Shown: one piece after another, positions 49,880-61,591 of the stretch
Layout of the letters: the number at the start of each line of letters is the position of its first letter
Numbering within the stretch: the first letter of the stretch is position 1
Source of the DNA: Pocillopora damicornis
Lineage: Eukaryota
NCBI RefSeq assembly: GCF_003704095.1
Contig: NW_020843670.1
Location: 124,001-188,000 of the forward strand
Length of the DNA: 64,000 nt
Reading direction: 5' to 3'
The notes under the pieces: generated by a model
Database searches by the model: none
What the model was told of the DNA's origin: nothing
The model's input: only the letters and a program-made list of their open reading frames with translations
Translations under genes and position numbers: made by a program

Positions 49880-52800
49880 AGTTGGAGATAAGTGATAATA
49901 ATACGCCTACTATCGACTAAAAGGTATCGGGCTTTAATCCAAAGCGGTCCATGCCGACATATGAGAAGGGGCTTCGACAGTTTCCAGCGGATCTGCCAGA
50001 TCGAAGCGAAATTCAATATTTGTTAGTCTTAAAACTTTGACGTACATGTTTATAGGCGGAAAAAATGGCTATATACGCAATGATCACAGAAGAGTAGTTG
50101 GAGGCGTGAGAATCAATTCCGTTCAGATGGAGAGTGATACAATCTCAAGTACTTAGAAATATTCATGTGCGCACATTATCGTTGTGGTTGGAGGGGACAT
50201 AGTTTCATCTCATTAATAGAGGAAAGTAACGGAGGATCAAATGCTAACGAATCCAACCTCATACCTGGTTCAGTTGTGTATACTACAGTTGAAGTACCAT
50301 TCCCCTTCTTAAATTGCTAAGTCATCACTATAGTGACAAAGCAAAAGGAATCCGGCTTCAAATGGCAGAGTTGAGAGCGTATCAATAGATTAATACTAAA
50401 GGAAACTTAAGAGATGGAATTACTGCTTCGCAAACAGCGCCACGAACGTGATTAAACGCATGATATGTCGTTAAAAATGGTGTCAACTTTTGAAACAGAA
50501 ACGTTTTCAAACACACGTACTTTCAATCGTGCTGATTCTTTGTAAACGTGGAGATGTTATTTGTTGATTTTATTACGTTATTTGCTCATATTTCACGCTT
50601 CGATGCCATCGTTGGTTGCCTTTTTGACACATAAATGACGTCTAGGGCCAAAAGCTTTTGTGAAAAAAATAATGCTCACATTGTTAAGACTGGGATAGAA
50701 CCATTCCGCGTTTGACATTTTTACGCATTGTAGAAAAAGATGTATTGACAGGCTTCCCGATCAATTAAATTCCATAGCAACCATGAACAGGCATCAAACA
50801 AACGGAAGGAAGTCATATAACTGTCAAGTTATATCGTAGTTCAATTCAACTACGCTATATTAATGCAAAATGAAACAGTGCGTTACTTAATAGCAATCAC
50901 CGTATCTTAGCTATTACGTAAATAAAGACAATTCAATTATATGCGATATTGGTGTTGCAGGTCGGTGTCAATTACATGCTCTTTTCTCTTCCTAAACCGC
51001 TGTCTAGGAATACTGACTCCAAACGCCCATTTCTGCCCTTCAGGTTTGATCATATCTCATAATGTTTTCAAACACTTCATCTAATTAAATTTAGTAGAAC
51101 TTTACCCAGGAATAAGGTTGATGTAAAGAAATACAACTGGCTAATCCTAAAACTTAAAAAAAAACCCGAAGCATAAGTTTGTTATAAACTTCGAGGAGAG
51201 TTCTGCCCTCAAAACGATCAAAAGCTCTGACATTTCTCAAAATCATTTGTTTAATCTCGAAATATCGATCGTTGCCAAGGTCAAGGATGAGTCAAGAATG
51301 AGCATCTTTCTCAAAATAGTTTCATTAACTGTCTACCTTGAAGCAATGTACTAAAATTAGAATTTTGGTCTCCCTCCATCGGTCTAATAAGTGCAAATTT
51401 ATTTCGATTTGCAACCTCAGGTGGTCAGCACTGACGGTAAACACATTTAAAACACCTTGTTTTTCAAGAATGATCTTTCAAAAAGCTTCTCTGGCTGGTA
51501 CCACCAAAGACTTAGATAGATGTCGGTATTAAGACAAAGCGATGTAATTGTTTTGAAGAGAGCAGCGTAGGATATTACCTCCGTAGGGGGGCGGGCAGGG
51601 ACGCAGGGTGCCATTTTGCAAGATTACCCTCTCAAGAACAATTTTCCCACTGATTAAGTTCGAGAAAAAGATCATCCCTTCCTGGCTTGAGACACCAGGA
51701 CATTGAATTTCTCAACGGCATTTGTGGATGGAAAATGTTTAAATTTCCTAAACAAATTTTGTAAACTATTTTGTTATCCTTCGCTTCTTCGCATTTTTAG
51801 AGATCCTGAAATAATAGAAAGAGTCGAGTACAATATCCAAAAAAACTAAGAGAGACCGGGAAGCATTGCTGCTAATATTGACAATATCATTAATTTATCG
51901 AGATAATACTGCGACAGACGTTTTGTTTATAATAGTAGTGCGCTATTATTTTCTGATTTTTCTATTTCTGATTGTGATTTATATAGGTATCCCTGTCTTA
52001 TTGTATTTCAAGACTCTTCCACTCCGCTAGATTGGCTCTGGTTATATATGGGGTTGCTCAAAAGTGCGTTACTTTACAGTATAGTGATGTAAGGCACTAA
52101 CTGTACGGTAAGGACAGCTGTCTAGCTTTATAACGAGGATAGCGTAGTGATCATTAAACGAATTCTGTTTCGAAACAGAAGTAAAAAGACCACGCCCCAT
52201 CCCTACCCCTGTTGAATCAGTGAACCTCAACCAGTCGAAATTGCTATCTTTAAATATGGAGGGAAATATAAGCGCGTGCCAACTGCGAGAAAAAAATCTT
52301 CGAGAAAAGTAAGTTGGTTTGCTCTTCCAATGTTAGAACTTAATGCTGTGACACTATTTTGCAGTCCAATAACAAAGAGGAAGGAAATGTCAGCCTGAAT
52401 TATTTTGTTTGTTCTTGGCAAACTGGAGAAGCTTGCGAATAGCTTATTACAAGATAAAATAACGAATAATTAGGAACTCAACAAACGAAAATAAATCAAA
52501 TTAATCTCTTTGCAATTCTGCTGAAAGTCGTAGTAATGTCTGTTCACAATCGTTAGCCTTGGATAGATGTTATTGATAATTGATTTTTTTAATTAGCCCG
52601 AACGGCTGGTCGTTTTGAATCCAGGGAAAGGGAAACAAAATTAGTTCTGCTGTAAGCTTGAGCTATGAAAAGCACGAGGGTGCCAGGACTTTTTTGAAGG
52701 AGAAATCTTCAATTTAAAGGATAAGGAGGTTATTTATGAAAAGTGTAAATATGTGAAATATGGGCCATCTTATAAGAGATGTTCTCTTCCCATTTTTTCC

Positions 52801-55586
52801 ATACTTGATTTCATTATTTTTGAGTGTGGAAATTAATAAGACACTCACACCTGACCTTACTTTCAATATGTGGCATCAAAACACAGCTTTTTTAGCATAG
52901 CAACGGTATCTATATGGCCACAGATGAGCAGATCTCGTCGAAGCTTTTAATTTTTTTCAAGCTTTTTCATTCGATCATTTCCAATCATTACTGATGTTCC
53001 TGGAAAATTATCTTATCACTCAGTCTCTCTGCTAGTGAAATGCGGAGCTAAATCGCCCAGAAAGTTTAACTGTATATCAGGCAAGTCTGAATTGAATCTG
53101 TTCCCGCCGCCAACAATCTATTATTTCAAGATAAAAAATTGTCGGTTCACTATTAATTAAAGTATATTTCACACGTCAGAAGAGTGCCAAGTCTTTCTAT
53201 CTCAGTGTCGTCGCGAGTCGCTTCCAAACATTGGAAGAGATGAATGGGTTTTATAGACTTGCTTTCACTGTTCTTTCCGTAAGCTAAGTAGTCTCTTTCA
53301 AAATAATGAGGGGTCCGTCTGAAAAACATAATGTTGTCGCCAGAAAAGGAACAAGCTCTTCTCTAGTTGTCGCAGAGAAGTTCAAACTAATGCCTCGGGT
53401 AAATTGGACTATCTTACAGATTTTGATTTTGTTTAGAATACATAACAAATTATCTTTCTGTTTAACTTCAGTTTTATCACAATAGCATCTTTAAGCAAGG
53501 GAAGCGTGTTCGCGTGAACGTTTATAGGCTATCGTGATAATACTAACACTAAACTTGAGAGTTTCTAACAACGCATTGATGTTTCTGTGAGCAGTATTCT
53601 GAATGCATGCCTGGATACTGCCGAAGTACCGGGCATCGATAGGGTGCCACCTTTTTCTCCCACGTCGTGAAAATAAAGAGCAATATTAAACTGATCTGCG
53701 TAAATGGGTGGTTTGTATCGAAGTTTCTTTCCTCGGGATCTTAGATCCTACCTACTGTGTAAGAGAATGAAATGTACCAAAGAGTCAAAGGCTTTCGTCA
53801 TTATTTACGCTGACTACCTTGCAAACGTCATTGTGGTTTTTCAAAATATTTGAACATCTCGTGAAAATATAGGCTGAGAATGGTAATGACGATAGTCGAG
53901 CTAGAGTATAAAAGGCTTTCGTGACTTGGTACAGATTCCAAGAACACTCGTTCCACCTCATTTAAACACCACAGTTTGTCTAGATAGAAGATTTTTGATT
54001 TATGAAGGTGAAAATATGTAGAATGCAGAATGGACAAAGGAACACTTATCCATCTTTTTCAACTTGAAGTCGCTATTACCGAATTCTCTTTTGTTCAAAG
54101 ACGATAGAGAATTTTAATTGCACTTTCTAGGAATTGCAATTACATAATTTTTCTTTGATAGAAGCATAACTCTATACCTTAACTTAAAAGCAAAAGACGT
54201 TCATACGAAATCTTGCGCGCGCTGATTTTCTCCGAAATCTCCTCGTATAACCTGTTGATGTGAGCTTGTGGGGGATTCCAATTAGAATCTATCCTAACAA
54301 TAACTTAAGGAAAACAATATTAACCTGTTTTTAAAGACTATAAGGAAATTGACGAAGAGAACTTTTACTGGAGATGAAATTACAACGAGAATTGAGGAAG
54401 GAAAGGGTTGACGGTTTATAACGATCATTTTAAGTAGTTTTTTAAGGTGCTGCAAAATTCGTGTTCGAAGACTAGTTTTTGTGGTGCCCTTTAACCTGCT
54501 CCACTCCAAAAGCAAATTTAATTGCATTTTTCCCAAAAGCGAAGTTAAAGTGTTTTATCACATTCAAACAAACAAAAAGATGGCTAAGACAATGATGGTG
54601 ATCAGGACATTAAGTGGCTATAATCTTTTGTGCATTTACTAAACCTACTTGTCCACACCCTGTTGAACCGCACCAGTTTGTCTGATGTGTTCGAGCCAGT
54701 CGCCGCCATTTCCGCAATCCGTGTGCCGAGATGGCAAAGATTTCACACTAAGCAAACAATCCTTCAAATCTCTCCCGAAGACAATCATTATATTACGCAA
54801 TCAGCTGGATAAGCCTGTTTTCCTGAAAGATGATCAGAAGCTAGGATTCTCAGGGGATGTGTGATTGTCTTGTAGGAGCCACAAATAACAAAGAAAATCA
54901 CTTTTGCCTAACCACACAAGTTTTGTGAAATCACAGTTGTTAGGGAAATAAGTAATGGCGATTACCGCATTTTTTCGAAATTTCCCTGTCATATTTGCTT
55001 CGTGAGAAAAAAAGTCGGCCTAGATAAAAATACGTAATTTTAAGTCATGCTTCGGCAAACTCACGTTCTTAGCTTTATTAACCCTTTGTAAACATCACAC
55101 ATCACAACATTGTTCATTGGCGATTACTTAGAGATTTATGATCCCTTTAACAAGGTGTTGACAATATTTCACAAAAATGCAATCAGAAAATTTACCAAAA
55201 TTAAACGGGTGTTTGAACTAAGAGTTGAACTGAGAACAACATTAGAATAAACGCTGCAAATAGTGTTGTTTGCCTCAAGGCTCTCAAATATATTATACTT
55301 TCAGACTCTTCACAGCATACCTGGAATTCCTCGGTAATTTCACTTATGACGCTACAATGCCTCGGTTCCCACTGCATACATCAGTCCAAACAGGCTATCG
55401 TAGCACTGTAGCGAACGTTCCCAGCGGTCAACAAACACTCTTACCACTTGCTGCAATATTCTTAATAGCCACCCATTAAGACGAAATCACAGCTTAAATC
55501 ACAAAGCAAAGAAGTGGTTGGGCACTTGCCTCTATTCAACAGCGCGCTTGAAGACAGTGCCTGAAGTAATTCGTGTGGTCCACGCA

Positions 55587-56397
55587 ATGAAGACGTTCAC
55601 GCTTCTTGTCATCCTCACGACACTCACACTGATATTGCTCTCGTTTCCAGAGGAAAGTCACGGGGTTGTTTTTGTTCTTACAAATGGCAGAGTAAGGAAG
55701 GTTCAAAAGAGGGAACAAGAACGAAAGAAGAAACGACGAAAAGCACGCCTAAGAAACAAAAATCGGAGGAAAAGAAAGAGACAAGAAAATAAACGAAAAC
55801 TCAAGGAAATGAGGCGCTGGCTGACACGATTCTCCAAGAAGGTAAGTAGCGAGTCTGGTTTGTAGACACAAGACTTATGATATAATAACGAAATAATTAA
55901 TTCAGTGCTACAAGGCTAATACAAGTAAGTGAGTGTTCCGTCTTTAAGCATTGTCAATGAAATGCTTAATGCGTTTGGGGTTGGAGCAGAAGTATCAACC
56001 TCGTTTGATTTGGCGATTTTGTAACCGGTCGACGCGGATGTTTTGAAAACGAAAACGTGAGTGTAAACGTGAGTGTAATCCACTGTAATCTCTACGCATT
56101 CGAAATTATGGAAATTTTGTAGATACTTCTACACGCGTTAAATAATGACAACATTTGAAACCAAATCGACTTGATTATCCTAAGAATGTGGGAATAGTGG
56201 AGTCTGAGACAAACACTTAGCACTTTCGTCGTGAATGAGGTGAAATTTATTGATAGAGAGAAAAAAGCAAATTAGTAGTAAACATCGTCATTAGCAAACA
56301 CACGCCATGCAGTAAATAAAAAAAGCGTATCTTGTACATCTCTCGGTCGTTGTAGAAGAAGCACTTGAGTCTGAAACAATCAAAGCATTATCAGTGA
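55587..56397 (+). CDS. Small secreted cationic peptide 1 (~98 aa); exons 55587-55841 and (tentative) 56356-56397
   Basis: Signal peptide MKTFTLLVILTTLTLILLSFPEESHG, then VVFVLTNGRVRKVQKREQERKKKRRKARLRNKNRRKRKRQENKRKLKEMRRWLTRFSKK; consensus donor AAG|GTAAGT at 55842 (phase 0); candidate exon 2 KKHLSLKQSKHYQ* followed by AATAAA near 56526. Confidence 0.72.
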
Positions 56398-57789
56398 AAA
56401 GCTTAATCCATCACAAGCAGTCGCTGGAAAGATTCAGTCATGATAAAGGAAAAGTAAGGCACGTTTTAAAATTGACTTTTCTCTTTGCGGTTCGCTGACT
56501 GAGAAGAACAAACAAAAAGTTTAAAAATAAATCACGGAGGTGAATGCACTGCGTGTAATCTTGGAAACCTGATGGTACAACGCGGTGGCCTATACACATA
56601 GTCTAAATTTAAAAATGTCGTTGTTTTGTAGAGCAAAAGTTTCGATGTTGGAGATCGGGGCGTAAGAAAGAAGCCCATTTGGTGATCCACGAATGACACT
56701 GCAGGAAAAGCATGGAAAACATGCGCCATGTTGTTGAGACACAACGTTGGATTGTAAACTTCCTTCCACCTTCAACGAACATAAGACTAAGATCCAACAC
56801 AAGATTGGTGCGAACTAAGTTAAAAGTCATATTTATAAATGATGCATTCTTCGAACAGGGTAAATTCACACACTCGAAAAGACTGAAATAAATTGCCAAG
56901 ACTTAATTATATCAGCCTCATTAACTTTGTCCAGCATTAAATGTTGAAATAATGACGAGCAATGAAAATGCTTGCTCGTTGGTACATTTGTGAAAATGAT
57001 GCAAATCGGCTGTTGAGATTTCAACTTCTATTTATTTATTCCTTTTTATGTAATTTCATTAGAAACTTTAGGTACCAGTTAAGCGCTTAAAATAACATAT
57101 TTGTGGAAAATAACTGATTTTTTTTTTTAGGTTTGTATGCTCGTTTTAAATTATAGCGTGCGCAAATTGATTAATGTCGACATTTGGGCTCCACCTCGAG
57201 CTGGACCTAATCATAAATAAAACTACTGCAGATTGAAACATGTTCGAGTGTCTCAAGTTTGACTCTCAGCTACGATTCATAAGTACACAGTGACAGGCTT
57301 CTGTAAACAGTACATTCGATGGAAACTATTTTTAGTTAGGAATATACTTCGCGACTTCCTCTCGACCTCCTTGTGTAATTTACAACATCTATGAGAGGAT
57401 AAAGGATTTGTTACTCAGAGATGTGACAGTAGAGAAATTCGAGCTCGTTATGTCATTTCCTAAGAATTTGGTCAAATAAAAGGAAACATTTTTACTTACA
57501 AGACAAGTTTAGTCACAGGCATAATTACTGAATGATGTAATACATCATAAAGTGGGTTTTGGCAGTGGCAAGTTTATTGTTTTACGTGGCTCTTGGTCGT
57601 CTTTTGTGGTCGAATTGTGATTTTGAGTGTGATTTAACGTACGAGAAAAACCGGAAAACTCAGAAAAACCTTTGGAGCGAGGAAGCAAACTCACAACAAC
57701 AAACTCATTAGCTTGTATAGCTGGTGGTATTTTGGATTCTCGAACCTCTCGTGGCTTCGCCGCTCGATTTGCAGCTCCGGCACTCAACG

Positions 57790-57945
57790 CTTCATAGCGC
57801 ACACAAAACCGCTAACTATACGTGGGCTGCATCATGAGACAAGGTTCAAACTGTGGCTACAAGATCCCTTCAAAGCGCACACAAAACTGCTGACAATACG
57901 TAGGCTACATCATGAGGCAAGGTTCAAACCTTGGTTTCAAAGATG
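57790..57945. repeat. 78-bp tandem duplication next to a TAGC-type transposon end fragment
   Basis: CTTCA.AGCGCACACAAAAC.GCT.AC.ATACGT.GGCT.CATCATGAG.CAAGGTTCAAAC at 57790 and 57868. Confidence 0.75.
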
Positions 57946-60715
57946 GGGGTCGGAACGCTCCCTGCTGGCTGCTGCTATCCAATAAATCACAACTTGCACC
58001 CTGGATCGAATGGTACAGCTGCCATGCTTTGTTTCTCACACTAGTTTCCCTTCCACCGAGCAATGGTTGGGCAAAAAAACACAATTTTAGTTGAACATAG
58101 AATGATATCAATAGTCAAAAATTTATTATCTCAATAGAGCAGTGGTAAAAAGTTTCTTAGAGATTGGGCGAATTAGGTTCCCAAATATGCATGTAAATCG
58201 CTTCTTAACCCTCTTTCTTGGCCGAACGTGGCATTACTTCATGCATAAAAAAAGCCTTTTCCTAGAATAGTGTTTTCTAAGGCGCGAATCATTTCCTTAG
58301 GCTGCGTTAAAGTTTGCGTTACTTGTCTTACAAATCGATGTCAACGATATGCTGGGGCATAATAGAAATCTGCCAAAAATGTGGAAACTGCCACATTGAG
58401 CCCCGACAATCTTTGAAAATTGTGGCAGAAAATTCGTAAAAATAAAGCGAATTTTGAATAACGACCTTCAAAAATAAGTCCTCGACACCCCTATTCTCCC
58501 TTTCAAAATCAGATATTGCTCAAATTTGCAAATTGTTCATTCAATTTTGCAAAGATACAGAGAGAGACAAAAGTCATAAATGACTGAAACATTTTCCAAT
58601 CCTACGTAGTGATCAAGGTTGTGGCTTTTCACCAAGGAATTCTTGACTGAACAGAAAAGCGTTAAAATCTGTAGTTGAAGTCCGCACCCTGAGTCAGAAT
58701 CGCCGTGAATGCTACATGGAACCTATACCGCTTTCTCTTGGACAGCAGTTATTATTACTCCTTATCATGTCGGTCTATCATGGGCTATCTTCGCTCTTAC
58801 GTCTTCCTACGTTTTCCTGGCAAGTTTTTGGTGTCCCTTACATGATCCTGGTTATAGAGAGGCACACGCACTGCGAGAGTTAAGAGGCCCACGAGTCTCA
58901 CACAAAGATTACAAACAGGACAAAATTGACGATATCTCGAACGCGCAAACTTTAGGACTATGCTTACCTATTGACCAGATATAGACATGCATAGAAACTT
59001 CAAGTATTCTATCAGCTAAATTGGGACTAAAGCTATTACACGCTGACAATGTTTAAGAAGGCTAATATAGAGTTGTGAAAGAAATTTCCCGGTTTTCTAG
59101 AATCGATTTTTATGGATTTAGAATGTTATTTGGAAAACGTGGTTTTTACATCATTGCAAAAAATATCTCGGTAATTTCTTCGAGATTTTACCGAGGTATC
59201 TGTTTGGATAAAACCCTCTTTATGTTGATAATCTAAATGTATTGATAAAATATGAGCTTCCGAGTAGATAGAAAATCATTAAAAAACAAGTTATTTAGAA
59301 ATATTTTAACCTAAATTACTTAAAGTGATAGTTGTTTTTCAGCTCGCAGTTCTTCAGAGCATGAAATTATAATATCAGTTTGTGCCTTTTGTTCGCTTAA
59401 CGCACCAAAGTCCTTCTATACCGGAAACCGAACATTTTAAAAATGCGTAAGAAAGTTTCCGTTGGATTCTGGATTTTTTGCCGATAGATACCTTGAAATT
59501 AAAATTAAAGAGGAAAACTGTCATATCGTCATTGCTCCTGGTAAATAGAGGAACTTACGACAAAGTGTTCGTGTTGTAATTTAACTTTCTGTTAAATACC
59601 TAAAATTCCTCTTGTCTAGTTCATTGAAATCTCGACAATTCGGTTTGGCCAAAGGAAGAGACACTGTGGGAACATTAAACCATAAAAAAACGTCAGCATC
59701 ATTTGTTTTATAAATAGTGGAGTAGGGTATTGTTGCACAGAATTCGCGAGAATAATAACAAAACCTCTCAAACATAACAATAGTGGATCCTTGGTAGATG
59801 ACTCTCATTTCAAAGTTAATGTTTTAGGCAATTTTGAAAGTCTTATTACACTTTTGTGACCAACAAAGACCTTGCATCACGACATCAAAATACCGTTGAA
59901 AATTCTTCAATACAATAGATAAAACAGTAACTTAGTTCAAAAAGAAGCCCAATGAAAGAAGTTTCCCCGTAAAATCGCATTATCATGTTCAGCCAACGTA
60001 GCCAACCCTGAATTACCAAGATCATTTGACTATCCATGATATGACTTCAAACGCTATGAATGAATCTCGGCTATGTGGTTGCAGCACAGTATGCCATCGG
60101 CGTAAAAACGACAGCCATGGGTTACCGCCATGATAAAAGGCTTCCAAATTGCATTTTTCGAATTTTCCATTCATCATTCTTATAAACGGTTTATGTCTAG
60201 TTGTGATCCGAAGAGTGTCCTTTTAAGAGTTAATGTGCAAATGCAAGTGCCCTTCAGCAGGCGGGATGTGTAATTAAGATAGAATTGCTATTTTGTTCAG
60301 TAGCCTCTCGACTTAGTGGCTATCATTCCGCTTGTCAAAACGCTCGAACTGTTCGTTATGGGTCATTAAATATTCCTTAACAACCACTCCATTATTTGTC
60401 TGCATTTTCTTACTGAGCTGAGCGCCACGGGGTGTAACAAGACTGAAAGAAACATCACTGTAGGCCCAAGTTTTTAGGACAACTGTTTGTTTATGTTACA
60501 ATCGAGGTTGTTTGGCTATTCGAGGCGAGAAGTTTATAGGAGTTTCCAGGCGCCCTGAGGCGTTGTTGTCCAAGAACAGCTTGGATTCAAATGAATGGAT
60601 ACTTCAAGCTTGCCATGTCATTGGATCATTCTATTTCGAGGAATGGGGGCGTGATCATTCCAATCCATATTTGAGTCATTAACTAAGTATTTGATTTATC
60701 TTATAAGTGAGTAGG

Positions 60716-60723
60716 TATAAAAG
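60716..60723 (+). promoter_or_regulatory. TATA box (TATAAAAG) of secreted peptide 2
   Basis: Canonical TATAAAAG 61 nt upstream of the ATG at 60777, implying a TSS near 60746 and a ~30-nt 5' UTR. Confidence 0.65.
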
Positions 60724-60776
60724 ACCGCTGCAAGAAGCATCGTGAGACACATTTGCATAGACACGCTGAGAGAAAG

Positions 60777-61591
60777 ATGAAAACATCAACAGTGCTGACG
60801 ATTTCTTTTGTATTATTCCTCGTCCTGGCTACCCTCTGCAGAAACAGTGAGGGGTTTGCTTTATCACTTACTGCAAGAAGAGATGAACTTAAGAGGGACA
60901 AAAAAAAGCAAGCATCGGATGGCGTCAGGCTGAGAAGAAAGCTTAAGAGACTGAAGAACAAAGAACTGGAGCTGGAAAGAAAAGTATCAGAGTTATCGAA
61001 GTGGGTTCAAAAATACAAAACAACGCACAGATCTAAGGTAAGAATCTTTACACCTTGATCTTCTTTTACTGTGCTCAGAGCGTTATCTCTTTACATTATG
61101 CCAATGCTGGCAACGCAAACTCTAGTAGGCTCACAAATTTGTTACAGTAAATTTAGCATGACCAGTAGCAAGAACTTAAATTTGTTATATACAGGTTTTG
61201 AAAGCTTAAGAATTAACTTACTCAGCACGAAGTGGGAAACTTTAGCACCCTTGTACTGCACAATTTGTGTAAAACCGAAATTTTAAACATGGGAAAACAA
61301 CATGTTTGCAAAATTGAAGTGACGAGGGCAAAGCACATTCCTGACACTTCCTGTTGCTTGTTTCTGGTTCAACAACTGCAACCGCAATTAAGATAAAACA
61401 ATTAAAGTTATTGGCTGGGTTTCCTTATGAAGCAGTTTGATAAATTGGCAGTTGTTACACGTACATTTCGGCTCTCCGACGGTGAAGAAATCACATGCAG
61501 AAGATCGAAACTATTTGCTCTTATCTAACACGGATTTTTTATGCTTTTACAGTCGAAACAAGGCAGATTTTCTGGAGCAGATTCTTGGTGA
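60777..61591 (+). CDS. Small secreted cationic peptide 2 (99 aa); exons 60777-61037 and 61553-61591
   Basis: Signal peptide MKTSTVLTISFVLFLVLATLCRNSEG, then FALSLTARRDELKRDKKKQASDGVRLRRKLKRLKNKELELERKVSELSKWVQKYKTTHRSK; donor AAG|GTAAGA (phase 0); acceptor ttttatgcttttacAG preceded by CTAAC; exon 2 SKQGRFSGADSW*; TATA box upstream and AATAAA near 61788. Confidence 0.8.

Noticed and set aside
57131-57220. Alternative second exon for peptide 1 (VCMLVLNYSVRKL...)
   Set aside because: Strong T-tract acceptor, but the nearer 56356 exon matches the paralogue's size and has its own AATAAA; cannot be excluded without RNA data.
61556-61576. RFamide neuropeptide (KQGRFSG resembles the Antho-RFamide unit QGRF-G)
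   Set aside because: QGRF is followed by Ser, not the amidating Gly plus basic residue, and occurs once; probably coincidence.
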